51,131 bases of DNA from an uncultured Candidatus Saccharibacteria bacterium (GTDB lineage: Bacteria > Patescibacteriota > Andersenbacteria > UBA10190): the NCBI GenBank assembly GCA_964373855.1, contig CAYJWL010000001.1:1-51131 (forward strand), in the 5' to 3' direction. The translations under genes and the position numbers were made by a program. A model generated the notes under the pieces. The model ran no database searches and was not told the origin of the DNA. It was given only the letters and a program-made list of their open reading frames with translations. Positions 1 through 7,752 of this stretch are shown here, one piece after another (within the stretch, counting starts at the first letter, position 1; every line of letters begins with the position of its first letter).

Positions 1-62
1 CCGCGGCCTAGATTTTCTAGACTCTAAAGTGTTAACAACGCGTTACGATTAAACAGAGTAAT

Positions 63-90
63 TTGACATAATTGTCAGGAGGTTTATAAT
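63..90 (+). promoter_or_regulatory. sigma70-type promoter with perfect consensus hexamers TTGACA(63-68)-N16-TATAAT(85-90)
   Basis: Both hexamers were read directly and match the consensus exactly with a 16-nt spacer. A perfect pair is unlikely by chance in about 100 kb of two-strand sequence. The spacer also contains AGGAGG (77-82), and an ATG at 89 opens only a 19-codon ORF. Confidence 0.5.
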
Positions 91-320
91 GCACGTGACA
101 CACCTAATAGTGTCTGTAGATGTGTGCCTATTGTGGGCGCACTCCTAACAATCTTTCCTACGGAGATCTGCTCACTATGGCCGACACCGAACTCGGCACG
201 CGCCCGGGCACCTGGACATCACTCGCCACGTAATCGACTTGGCAACGGACGCACCAGGTGTGGGAAATTTTTTCAGGCTTCCAGATCGGCGCCATCTATG
301 GCATCTGATCGTTTGTTCAC

Positions 321-346
321 CCCGGCTTTTTGTCGGGTCTTTTTTT
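321..346 (+). terminator. intrinsic terminator-like hairpin / possible attenuator 27 nt upstream of the GT39-like start
   Basis: Stem CCCGGC (321-326), loop TTTTT, stem GTCGGG (332-337, one G-U pair), followed by TCTTTTTTT (338-346). Confidence 0.4.
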
Positions 347-373
347 ATCCTGAAAGAGTGGTACTCTGCGGTC

Positions 374-2488
374 ATGCAAATTATCGGGAAAATTCGGCCG
401 TTTCTTGTTACCCATAGGTGGGATGTCATTACCGCGCTTATTATTTTTGTTGTAGCTGCCGTCCCGCGGCTGATCGATTTGGGCGTCTTCCTTACAGCCG
501 ATGAAAAAAATTGGATCGGCCGTTCATACGAATTTATCCGGGCATTTAAGGACTGGCGGTTTAATGACATGTTGCAAACGACCCACCCCGGGGTAACTAC
601 AATGTGGTTATCCGGCCTGGCCGTGACAGCCAAGATGATTCTAAGCAGCGTACCTTTTTCATTCCGTAATCTTATTTATTTCGTGACGGCTGCCCAATTT
701 CCGATTGCGCTGATGAATGCCATGGCCGTACCGGCCATGTACCTTTTGCTTCGGCAAGTACTTCCCAAAAACTGGCTCATTCCGGTTCTCGCCAGCCTAT
801 TTATCGCTTTAGACCCGTTGTTTATTGGCTATTCCCGCGTAGCCCACGCTGACGCGCTTCTTGCCAGTCTGCTGTTTCTTGCCGCTCTGACGACGATTCT
901 CTATATCCAGCGAGGCTACCAACGAAGTTGGCTTATCGCTTCCTCCGTGCTATCCGTACTGGCGATACTGACTAAGTTTCCGGGATTGTTTATCGTGCCC
1001 TTTTTTGTGTTGACAGTATTAGCCAAGGAAAAGGCCGGTTTGTTCACTAAACAGGTTTTGGCTGCGCGAGCCAGAGATTTCATTATCTGGACTCTGCTAA
1101 TGTCTATTATTTTCTTACTCGCCTGGCCGGCGCTTATATGGGTGGATAATCCAGCCGGAAACGTGTACACAGTACAGCGCGACCTTGGGCGGGCGGCTTT
1201 GACGCCGCATCACATGACTGAAGACTACTCGGTCGACAGCGGCCATTACCCGGCCGCGCTCCTGACGAGAACAAATCCTGTGGCGCTTATTTTTTCTGTA
1301 GCCTTTGTCGTTTGGCTGTTAGGCACGCTCATGCACCTGTGGAATATTAGAAGCGGAACAGGTGAAAGAACAGAGGTGGCCGCGCTCGCCGGCGTTGATG
1401 AACGGCGATTTCTATGGCTAATAATCTCTTATGCTTTCTGGTTTGTCGTGATGATGACACTGGTAGCGAAGAAGGGGGATAGGTATATTCTGCCTGTCTT
1501 CCCGGCGATAGATCTCATGGCAGCCTTGGGCGTAATTATCACGGGTGCAGCAATTGCCCGTATATGGAAGATGGGGGCGACAAACCTGAAAATAGCGATG
1601 CTTGTGCTTCCAGTTATTTCCGTTTTGTATCTGGGCACAGTGGTTATCCGATATCATCCGTATGCTATCGCTTACAGCAACCCATTCTTCCCGGACAACC
1701 TAAGCCAGGAGCTGGGCTGGGGCGAGGGACTGGAACAGGTTGGCGCCTGGCTGGCGCAAAATGCGCCGGACGCTGTGGTAGCCTCCTGGTATCCCGAAGA
1801 GCTCGCGGCCTATACATCAGCGCAGGTGGCGCATATCAACGCGCATCAGCAGGGGAGAATCAGGTATGTTGTTCTTTACCGCAACATGTTTGGGCGCGCG
1901 CCTGATCATCCGGCGAACGATTTTATCGATGAGTATTATAAGAAAAGGAAGCCGGTTTATGTTGCGTATGTTACCGGGAAGGAATTTGCCTGGGTGTATG
2001 AGAAGCAGGTATTTGAACGGGTCGTGGGCGAAATAACACCGCAGCTGCGGACCGGGCAGGAAGTGCAGGTAACGCACAACGATCTGGTAGGTCTTGATAT
2101 ATTGGCAGCCACATATAATGGCCGGGCAACCGCCGGCGATCTTATTATTGAGCTTAAAGAACAAGTGGGCGGCCGACTAATACAGCGCTGGGAATTACCC
2201 GTGGCTACGATTGAGAATGACCGCTGGATTACAGTGTCATTGCCGGAGCCGCTGCAGTTAAGTGGGCAAGAGATGCTGGTCGAAATATATGGGCGGGGCA
2301 CAACCAGCGGCAATGCACCCACGGTTCGCTATACCCAGGATTTTAACTATCGGCCGACTGATATCATTCTCTCTAATACAGGAGTGCTGGCGGATGTGGA
2401 TACAAAAAAGGGGGATTTGGCTGTGCGCCTGCGCTACCAGGTGAACGGACAGACGGCGAGTGAAGAAGACACGAAACTGCTGGAGTAA
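374..2488 (+). CDS. ArnT/PMT-like (GT39/GT83 type) polytopic GT-C glycosyltransferase, paralog 1
   Basis: The track ORF 239..2488 is TTG-extended. The first ATG at 374 (MQIIGKIRPF) lies just before the first hydrophobic helix. The protein has many TM segments. The N-terminal motif LTADEKNW...TTHPGVTTMW is shared with the paralog at 19802-21298. A soluble C-terminal tail of about 150 aa follows. Confidence 0.7.
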   Translation: MQIIGKIRPFLVTHRWDVITALIIFVVAAVPRLIDLGVFLTADEKNWIGRSYEFIRAFKDWRFNDMLQTTHPGVTTMWLSGLAVTAKMILSSVPFSFRNLIYFVTAAQFPIALMNAMAVPAMYLLLRQVLPKNWLIPVLASLFIALDPLFIGYSRVAHADALLASLLFLAALTTILYIQRGYQRSWLIASSVLSVLAILTKFPGLFIVPFFVLTVLAKEKAGLFTKQVLAARARDFIIWTLLMSIIFLLAWPALIWVDNPAGNVYTVQRDLGRAALTPHHMTEDYSVDSGHYPAALLTRTNPVALIFSVAFVVWLLGTLMHLWNIRSGTGERTEVAALAGVDERRFLWLIISYAFWFVVMMTLVAKKGDRYILPVFPAIDLMAALGVIITGAAIARIWKMGATNLKIAMLVLPVISVLYLGTVVIRYHPYAIAYSNPFFPDNLSQELGWGEGLEQVGAWLAQNAPDAVVASWYPEELAAYTSAQVAHINAHQQGRIRYVVLYRNMFGRAPDHPANDFIDEYYKKRKPVYVAYVTGKEFAWVYEKQVFERVVGEITPQLRTGQEVQVTHNDLVGLDILAATYNGRATAGDLIIELKEQVGGRLIQRWELPVATIENDRWITVSLPEPLQLSGQEMLVEIYGRGTTSGNAPTVRYTQDFNYRPTDIILSNTGVLADVDTKKGDLAVRLRYQVNGQTASEEDTKLLE

Positions 2489-2498
2489 GTTAAGAGTA

Positions 2499-5399
2499 TT
2501 AAGCACTTTTGGTCTGCCTTGCACCGATAAGGCTGGCGGTACATAACAGCGCGCAGACTAAAAGACCTGCGATCGTCAGAACTTTAGCCGATTCAACGGC
2601 CGGAGAAAAGTAGCGGAAAGAAACCATATGGTCACCGGCGGGGACGAGCGCCGCCTTAAACACGGAAAACGCGCTTAGGCTTAAGGCGGGTTTGTCATCA
2701 ATAAATGTCAGCCATTGGGGTGTAGTTGAGTCTGTTACAACCAGCCAGGCATCTTCCCGGCTCGAGGTGGCAATATCTATTCTGGTTGGTTCATACCTGA
2801 CGATATTTGATTTCGCTAGCAGAGGGGCAAAGCTGTGTTCTGGAATTTGGGCAGGCGGAGTCTCTCCGTTAAATAACAGCAGCTGATCTGGCCTAAATTC
2901 TCCGCTTAACAAAGCCCTTCTTGTATCATCAGCCGCGGGCTCGAACATAGCATTCCGTACCATAAACGCTTTGGGATAGGCTTGAGGATTTTTATAGAGC
3001 CGCAGGCGCTTGCTGCCGACCGTCTTTTCCTCAACTGGTTCATACCCAGCTTCTATCATCGGATCATCAGCGTTATCGGGAACAATTTGCGTAAGGTGAG
3101 TTATACCAGCCAGATTAATTATTTCTCGATTTCCCGCCAGAGCGCGAATGCCCTCGACGCCAAACGCTTCCCGATCATTTGCCAAAAATGTCTCAATAAA
3201 TTCCCGGTACGGACCGATACCGAGCGCGCCTATCCAGCGGCCGGAGCTTAGACCGGAAGTAGCCTGCATGTGTCTGAGCATCAGGTCTTTTTCAATATCA
3301 ATGCTGGCAACATCCTCGCTATCCCAAACAAGTTTGAAGGGCTTTACCGAACCCTCCAGTTGAGCTGGCGTGGCGCCTGCTACCCGGACGAAGTAGGCAT
3401 ACTGCTCTGGTTGGTCAGCCGGGCGATATGTAAAGCGAATGTTGCTGGTGTCTTCGCTGGCAAAAGTCAGCAGCAGGGCCGTGTTGTCTGCAATCGTTAC
3501 ATTCGGACATATTGGCAGCACGTTATTTTTGGGAACTTGCTTGGTGTGCAGAGTTTTTTCATAGAGCGGCTGCTCGTCCCAGCCAGTGCGCAGTGAAATA
3601 CGTAATGAACCGGGTTCGCTTTGGCCAATTTGGACAGGGAATAGTAAGCAGGTCGTGTGCTGCGACCAGATGATGGGCTGGTGCAGCGTTAGTTTTGCCG
3701 AGACCGGTTCAGTCAGTCTACTATTTGCCCGCTCACTTTCAGCAACAGCTAAAGCATCGCTGGCATATAGGCGAGCTGGCAGTCCGGTATCTCTAGCATA
3801 TGATTGGAGAGCTGGAGCGAAAACCGGTTCAGCCAGAGCTGCCGCCCGGGGGACAAGCGGATTGTAATTCCAGCCGTAGAAAAGAAGAGTTCCAGCGCTC
3901 GTAACCAAGATTAGTAAAGGCAACCATGTTTGTCCAAAGCGCGTATTTTGCAGAAAAAGGGTGGCAGTAAAGACGGCAAAGCCGATAACGATTAACCAGC
4001 CGGCAGCAAGGGAAAAGTTGCCCTGCTCGTTCAGGTCCACCGATCCTGGAGCAGTAATAATTTGCAGGAAAAAGGGCAGTACGAGAATGACCGCGAGCAC
4101 AACACCAGCCAGCCAGCCGATAGCCCGACTCAATCTGGGCAGTTCTTTAGGGGAAGCAGTTTGCTCCAGGCCAATTGCTGCCAGAATGGCAATGCCAACA
4201 TCAACAAAGTAGACAAACCGACCAGGTACGGTAATTGAGCTTAGCCAGTGCGATTCAACCATCAGGCGATAGAGCGGCGAATATGATCCAAGCATGAAGA
4301 CAATCCCGGAGACAAAGAGAAGACTGCCGAATACCAGGTCGGCTGGCCATTTCTTCCAGGACGTAATTGCCAGTCCAGCCAGCAGCAAAGGAATAATGCC
4401 TGTATACGCCGCCAATTCCCGAAAGCTTTTTGCACCCCAGTATACTTCGTGATCGCCGTAAAAATATGGGAACAAAAGCGTGATGGCATGTGAGGGCGGG
4501 TAACTGAACTCATATAACTCCGGTGTCGGCAGATCAGCTGATCTGTCGGTTGAGGGAAGAAATTCCAGCAGCGGCAATACAGCAAATGAAGCGATGGCAG
4601 CAAATAAACTGGCGGCTAGGACAGTTAATGCGAGAGTTTTAATAATGGATCGTTGGAAAAGAAAACGTCCGGCAGGCATTACCAGTTCAAAAGCCGATGT
4701 CCGGCGCCGATTTTTATTGATCTCATATCGTTTGGCTCTGGCCATTCCGGCGAAGCGGATGACACCAAAGATTACGCCGATGATCAGCGTATAAAGCGCG
4801 ACTTGCGGTTGTCCGCTCATCGGAATAGTCGCTGCCACCAGAGCCAAAATTGCGGTCCGGGCTAAAGTCGGTTTTGTCACGAACAGATCAATGGTCAGTA
4901 GCAGCCACGGCAGAAGCATGGTGGCCGTGTAAAAATTCACGTGATTGAGATGCCCAACATGCCAACCGGAAAAGACAAAGATAATGGCACCAAGGGCTGC
5001 AGCTAATTGGCCAAGTTGCCGCCGGCGCAGGAAGGCAAACATCCCGACAAGGCCAACGGCAAAGTAAACCAGAATAGATATCTGCAGCAGAATTATCGGA
5101 TGCAGGCGGAATGTGCGGAGCAAGACGTGGAGCGGTGTAAAGAAGCCGAGTTGTCCCCAGGCCATGAGCGGCTGTCCGAAGCCGAAGACATTGCTCCATT
5201 GGGGAAGCTGCCATTGGTGTTGAAACTGGGCGTAGACATGTTCGAGCGGGTAATAAATGTTTTTTAAATCGTCGATGAAGTATATCTGGCCGGCGAATAA
5301 TGTCCGGCTGAAAAAAATGAGCCAGGTCAGAAAAATTACAGACAACCCTATTTTGTTTGTTTTGAGTAAGCCGATTGCTCGTGGCAGTAATTGCTTCAT
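2499..5399 (-). CDS. YfhO-like polytopic membrane protein (GT-C candidate), paralog 1
   Basis: 966-aa ORF. The N-terminal signature is IYFIDDLKNIYYPLEH...LPQWSNVFGFGQPLMAWGQLGFFTPLH. Long collinear similarity to 14313-17051 (HVNFYTATM, LPWLLL). It has many TM helices, a large extracytoplasmic C-terminal region and a C-terminal anchor. Confidence 0.65.
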   Translation of the reverse strand: MKQLLPRAIGLLKTNKIGLSVIFLTWLIFFSRTLFAGQIYFIDDLKNIYYPLEHVYAQFQHQWQLPQWSNVFGFGQPLMAWGQLGFFTPLHVLLRTFRLHPIILLQISILVYFAVGLVGMFAFLRRRQLGQLAAALGAIIFVFSGWHVGHLNHVNFYTATMLLPWLLLTIDLFVTKPTLARTAILALVAATIPMSGQPQVALYTLIIGVIFGVIRFAGMARAKRYEINKNRRRTSAFELVMPAGRFLFQRSIIKTLALTVLAASLFAAIASFAVLPLLEFLPSTDRSADLPTPELYEFSYPPSHAITLLFPYFYGDHEVYWGAKSFRELAAYTGIIPLLLAGLAITSWKKWPADLVFGSLLFVSGIVFMLGSYSPLYRLMVESHWLSSITVPGRFVYFVDVGIAILAAIGLEQTASPKELPRLSRAIGWLAGVVLAVILVLPFFLQIITAPGSVDLNEQGNFSLAAGWLIVIGFAVFTATLFLQNTRFGQTWLPLLILVTSAGTLLFYGWNYNPLVPRAAALAEPVFAPALQSYARDTGLPARLYASDALAVAESERANSRLTEPVSAKLTLHQPIIWSQHTTCLLFPVQIGQSEPGSLRISLRTGWDEQPLYEKTLHTKQVPKNNVLPICPNVTIADNTALLLTFASEDTSNIRFTYRPADQPEQYAYFVRVAGATPAQLEGSVKPFKLVWDSEDVASIDIEKDLMLRHMQATSGLSSGRWIGALGIGPYREFIETFLANDREAFGVEGIRALAGNREIINLAGITHLTQIVPDNADDPMIEAGYEPVEEKTVGSKRLRLYKNPQAYPKAFMVRNAMFEPAADDTRRALLSGEFRPDQLLLFNGETPPAQIPEHSFAPLLAKSNIVRYEPTRIDIATSSREDAWLVVTDSTTPQWLTFIDDKPALSLSAFSVFKAALVPAGDHMVSFRYFSPAVESAKVLTIAGLLVCALLCTASLIGARQTKSA

Positions 5400-5434
5400 T
5401 TGCCTAGGAATATCATAGCCCAGGCATCTCTTTT

Positions 5435-5466
5435 ACAAAAACAAAAAAGCCAGTTCCTCGCTGGCT
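5435..5466 (-). terminator. intrinsic terminator downstream of the 221-aa orphan gene
   Basis: On the minus strand: AGCCAG-cgaggaa-CTGGCT followed by TTTTTGTTTTTG. Stems are at 5448-5453 and 5461-5466. Confidence 0.55.
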
Positions 5467-5478
5467 GGTGTTGCGCGG

Positions 5479-6144
5479 TTAGTAGTAAAGAACAACACCT
5501 CTCGCGTCAGAACAGCTCCATCCTGTTACTGCCAACAAGTGCTGCCTGTCGAGATATAAGTGATCCCGTCTGAAGAGGCTGATGATGGGCTGGTCTTTGG
5601 CTTCCGTAAACAAGGCAAGTGCTCCCCGAAAGACTTCAACATATTGGAACCGCCATCCCTTATTCTCATCATCAGGTTTCAGGAGAAAAGCGGGTGTGTC
5701 CTCACCGTCCCTCACATCCAGGATGTGTAGTTCGTAATCGTGTCCCTCGCCAAGACTTATGGGCTGTTCGATTCGGCGGCGGATAGTGAAACCGCTGGCG
5801 GGCTGATTGGGAAACCGCGCCCACCACGTTCGGCTAACTTCATCTGGCAGGTCAACACTTGCCGGGTACTGCATGTTGTACGTTTTTGAGTACGTACAGC
5901 GGAAGTATCCATCCATCACCATGACGAACTCTTTTATGCCACCCGGACGAGCCGCCGCCAGATGTCCATTTTCATACTTTTTAGGATGGCCAAACCAAGT
6001 CTTGAATTGAAATAAATTTGAGTATCCAGGCGCGCCTTTTGGCTGTTGATCACCAATTGTCCAAATTCCATAATGGCCGCTGTTTGCTTCTTCAAGGGTT
6101 AGCTTCCCAGGGTATGCACCTTTCGCGGGTTGCTCTTTCCTCAC
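5479..6144 (-). CDS. hypothetical soluble protein (221 aa), family not recognised
   Basis: GTG start at 6144 is preceded by GAGGAGGA (6151-6158) with a 6-nt spacer. The gene has its own promoter-like hexamers upstream and its own terminator downstream. No TM segment or signal peptide is visible. Confidence 0.6.
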   Translation of the reverse strand: MRKEQPAKGAYPGKLTLEEANSGHYGIWTIGDQQPKGAPGYSNLFQFKTWFGHPKKYENGHLAAARPGGIKEFVMVMDGYFRCTYSKTYNMQYPASVDLPDEVSRTWWARFPNQPASGFTIRRRIEQPISLGEGHDYELHILDVRDGEDTPAFLLKPDDENKGWRFQYVEVFRGALALFTEAKDQPIISLFRRDHLYLDRQHLLAVTGWSCSDARGVVLYY

Positions 6145-6207
6145 GATCTGTCCTCCTCTTATCTGGAAATTTATTGGCTATTGGAATGTTCAACGTACAG
6201 CCAATCA

Positions 6208-6235
6208 ATTATATAGAGATCAATCCTAAAGTCAA
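6208..6235 (-). promoter_or_regulatory. sigma70-like promoter TTGACT-N16-TATAAT for the 221-aa gene
   Basis: On the minus strand, -35 TTGACT is at 6235-6230 and -10 TATAAT at 6213-6208, about 60 nt upstream of the start codon. Confidence 0.45.
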
Positions 6236-6262
6236 TCTAAGCCGGGCGCGTATTGGGCGTGT

Positions 6263-6289
6263 AAAAAAAGGCCGCATTTTTTTGCGGCC
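6263..6289 (-). terminator. intrinsic terminator ending the long minus-strand operon (17051 to 6297)
   Basis: On the minus strand: GGCCGCA-aaaaaa-TGCGGCC followed by TTTTTTT. Plus-strand stems are at 6270-6276 and 6283-6289, and the A-tract at 6263-6269. Confidence 0.6.
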
Positions 6290-6296
6290 GGTGTGA

Positions 6297-6527
6297 TCAT
6301 GCTGTACGAATGATGTCGACTCCCAAGCAGGTAATCTCGGATTTGACATAAGGGTGCCATCCAGCCGTTCTCAACGTATGTCCGGATGCGGGTGAGCTCC
6401 TCCTCGATATGCTGCCAGCGGAGCATATTCCGGGCACAAATTGCGCCATGGAGTCGGGGAAATCACGATTTCCTTGCTGGACGCACACAATCTCAAACAG
6501 TTCTAAAATGTTTGGATCGCCGGTCAT
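6297..6527 (-). CDS. small hypothetical protein (76 aa), translationally coupled to the IMPase-like gene
   Basis: ATG at 6527 overlaps the IMPase stop (TAATG). It is preceded by AAGGAGG (6534-6540) with a 6-nt spacer. The stop at 6297 lies just before the terminator hairpin. The second half of the translation looks less protein-like, and a second frame (6232-6426) overlaps it. Confidence 0.4.
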   Translation of the reverse strand: MTGDPNILELFEIVCVQQGNRDFPDSMAQFVPGICSAGSISRRSSPASGHTLRTAGWHPYVKSEITCLGVDIIRTA

Positions 6528-7315
6528 TATGTGCCTCCTTTTCTGCCTGGCCAGTGGGTCGTGTAAGTCACAACTTCTTGAGCTAACTCTCGGGTGACTG
6601 CCCACACCCAGTCCATGGCGATTAAATTCCATTGGAGCGGTGATCCGTCAGGTGCGCAGGCCACGCCGCCTGCTTCTTCGATGATGAGCGAGCCGGCGGC
6701 TGCGTCCCAGATCTTAGCCACGTTGAGGTTGAAATACATGCCGGTCTCCTTTGTGACAATGGCACGGGCGCCCCACACAGCCACCATCATGCTGCGCACA
6801 TTGAATTGTTTGGATAGCGGCTGCAGAACTTCAGGCACAGTCCAAGGGCCGATGTCGGTACCGATCATGGTTTTATCGAGCGGTCTGTCCCAGGATAGTT
6901 GTGGCATTCTTTTTTCGTTGACGAACCATCCTGCTCCGCGGGTGGCACGTAAGAGCACGTCATCATCTGGAAAATAGATAACGCCGTGAACTGGCCGGCC
7001 ATCGCGCAGGGTGCACAGTGTAATGCCGTATTCCCGGCAACCGCTGAAGTAGGCTCCAGTCCCGTCAACCGGATCGACGACGGTGCAGTTAGGGGGCACG
7101 GTTTCCGCATTTGCCTGTTCCTCGGCAATAATGGTTTCTCCGGGATGTGCCCTACGCAGGAGCTGAATTGCCAGTGCCTGCGATTTGATATCCGCCGACG
7201 TATAAAAGTGGGCGCCAAACGTCTCGTCCTTATCTTGAGGCGCCAAATCACCTCGTTGGAGATCGCGCAGTAGGGTACCGCATCTTTTAGCCGTATCTAT
7301 CAGGGTCTCAATCAT
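6527..7315 (-). CDS. inositol monophosphatase (IMPase/SuhB/CysQ) family phosphatase
   Basis: Family motifs VVDPVDGTGAYF and WDAAAGSLIIEEAGG are present. The ATG at 7315 (MIETLID) with AAGGA upstream is preferred over the extended track ORF starting at 7432. Confidence 0.75.
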   Translation of the reverse strand: MIETLIDTAKRCGTLLRDLQRGDLAPQDKDETFGAHFYTSADIKSQALAIQLLRRAHPGETIIAEEQANAETVPPNCTVVDPVDGTGAYFSGCREYGITLCTLRDGRPVHGVIYFPDDDVLLRATRGAGWFVNEKRMPQLSWDRPLDKTMIGTDIGPWTVPEVLQPLSKQFNVRSMMVAVWGARAIVTKETGMYFNLNVAKIWDAAAGSLIIEEAGGVACAPDGSPLQWNLIAMDWVWAVTRELAQEVVTYTTHWPGRKGGT

Positions 7316-7432
7316 GATATGTTCCTTTGTTGAGCGTACAAACACGTTGACTGCCCGAACAGGGACAGTAGCACAGAAGAGGATATGTGCCAAGACAAAA
7401 TCGCCGTGCATGTTTCGCCGGGCGATGTACAA

Positions 7433-7752
7433 GTTTGGTCACTAGATGATCAAGGAGAATTTTTTACGGGCGTCCACTGGTTGGGATAACCGTGGCAATC
7501 CCGGAGCGATACCGCAGCTAGGCGTGCCGACCGCGGATACAATACCCAGAGCTTCGCGATGAGGTTCGGACTTCCCCGCTGGCCGCATGTCAGGCTGCAG
7601 TGCGGCCTAAATGGCGGATTGTCCTCTCGCCCGAAAAGATGGCGGCTTTCTGGTTTAGGTGCATCAGTGCAGAGTAATGTGTGCTGTCAGGCGGGGAATC
7701 TGCCAGCCGGCCGCTAGTGTGAAGTGTTTATTTGAAAGAACCAGTACTTTGT
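7433..7752. other. ORF-free GC-rich spacer, function unknown
   Basis: No ORF of 60 aa or more in any frame. Local hairpins include GGCCGCA (7581-7587)/TGCGGCC (7601-7607) and TTCCCCGC (7572-7579)/GCGGGGAA (7691-7698). Confidence 0.3.

Noticed and set aside
89-148. A 19-codon ORF (MHVTHLIVSVDVCLLWAHS) with a perfect AGGAGG Shine-Dalgarno sequence 6 nt upstream.
   Set aside because: The AGGAGG and ATG lie inside the spacer and -10 box of a perfect consensus promoter. An AGGAGG-N5-9-ATG pattern is expected by chance a few times in this much sequence, whereas the promoter pair is not. It is kept only as an alternative.
239-373. 5' extensions of track ORFs: 239-373, 7316-7432, 8839-8946, 11577-11600, 17052-17102, 21299-21472, 26410-26442, 27573-27617, 33079-33126 and 43256-43426.
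   Set aside because: The extensions precede the conserved N-terminal motifs (GxGxxG, MCG, first TM helix). They overlap upstream genes or structured spacers, and they translate to low-quality sequence. Internal ATG or GTG starts with overlaps or Shine-Dalgarno sequences fit better.
7433-7752. Possible RNase P RNA, tmRNA or SRP RNA. The minus strand contains GGGGAAGUCCGAAC, reminiscent of the RNase P CR-I GGAAAGUCCGG.
   Set aside because: The other universally conserved RNase P blocks (AGGGUGAAA..GGUAAGAGC and ACAGAACCCGGCUUA-like) are absent. There is no tRNA-like 3' end or tag ORF for a tmRNA. There is no GGAA-tetraloop / AGCA helix-8 motif for an SRP RNA. The region is also too short for RNase P.
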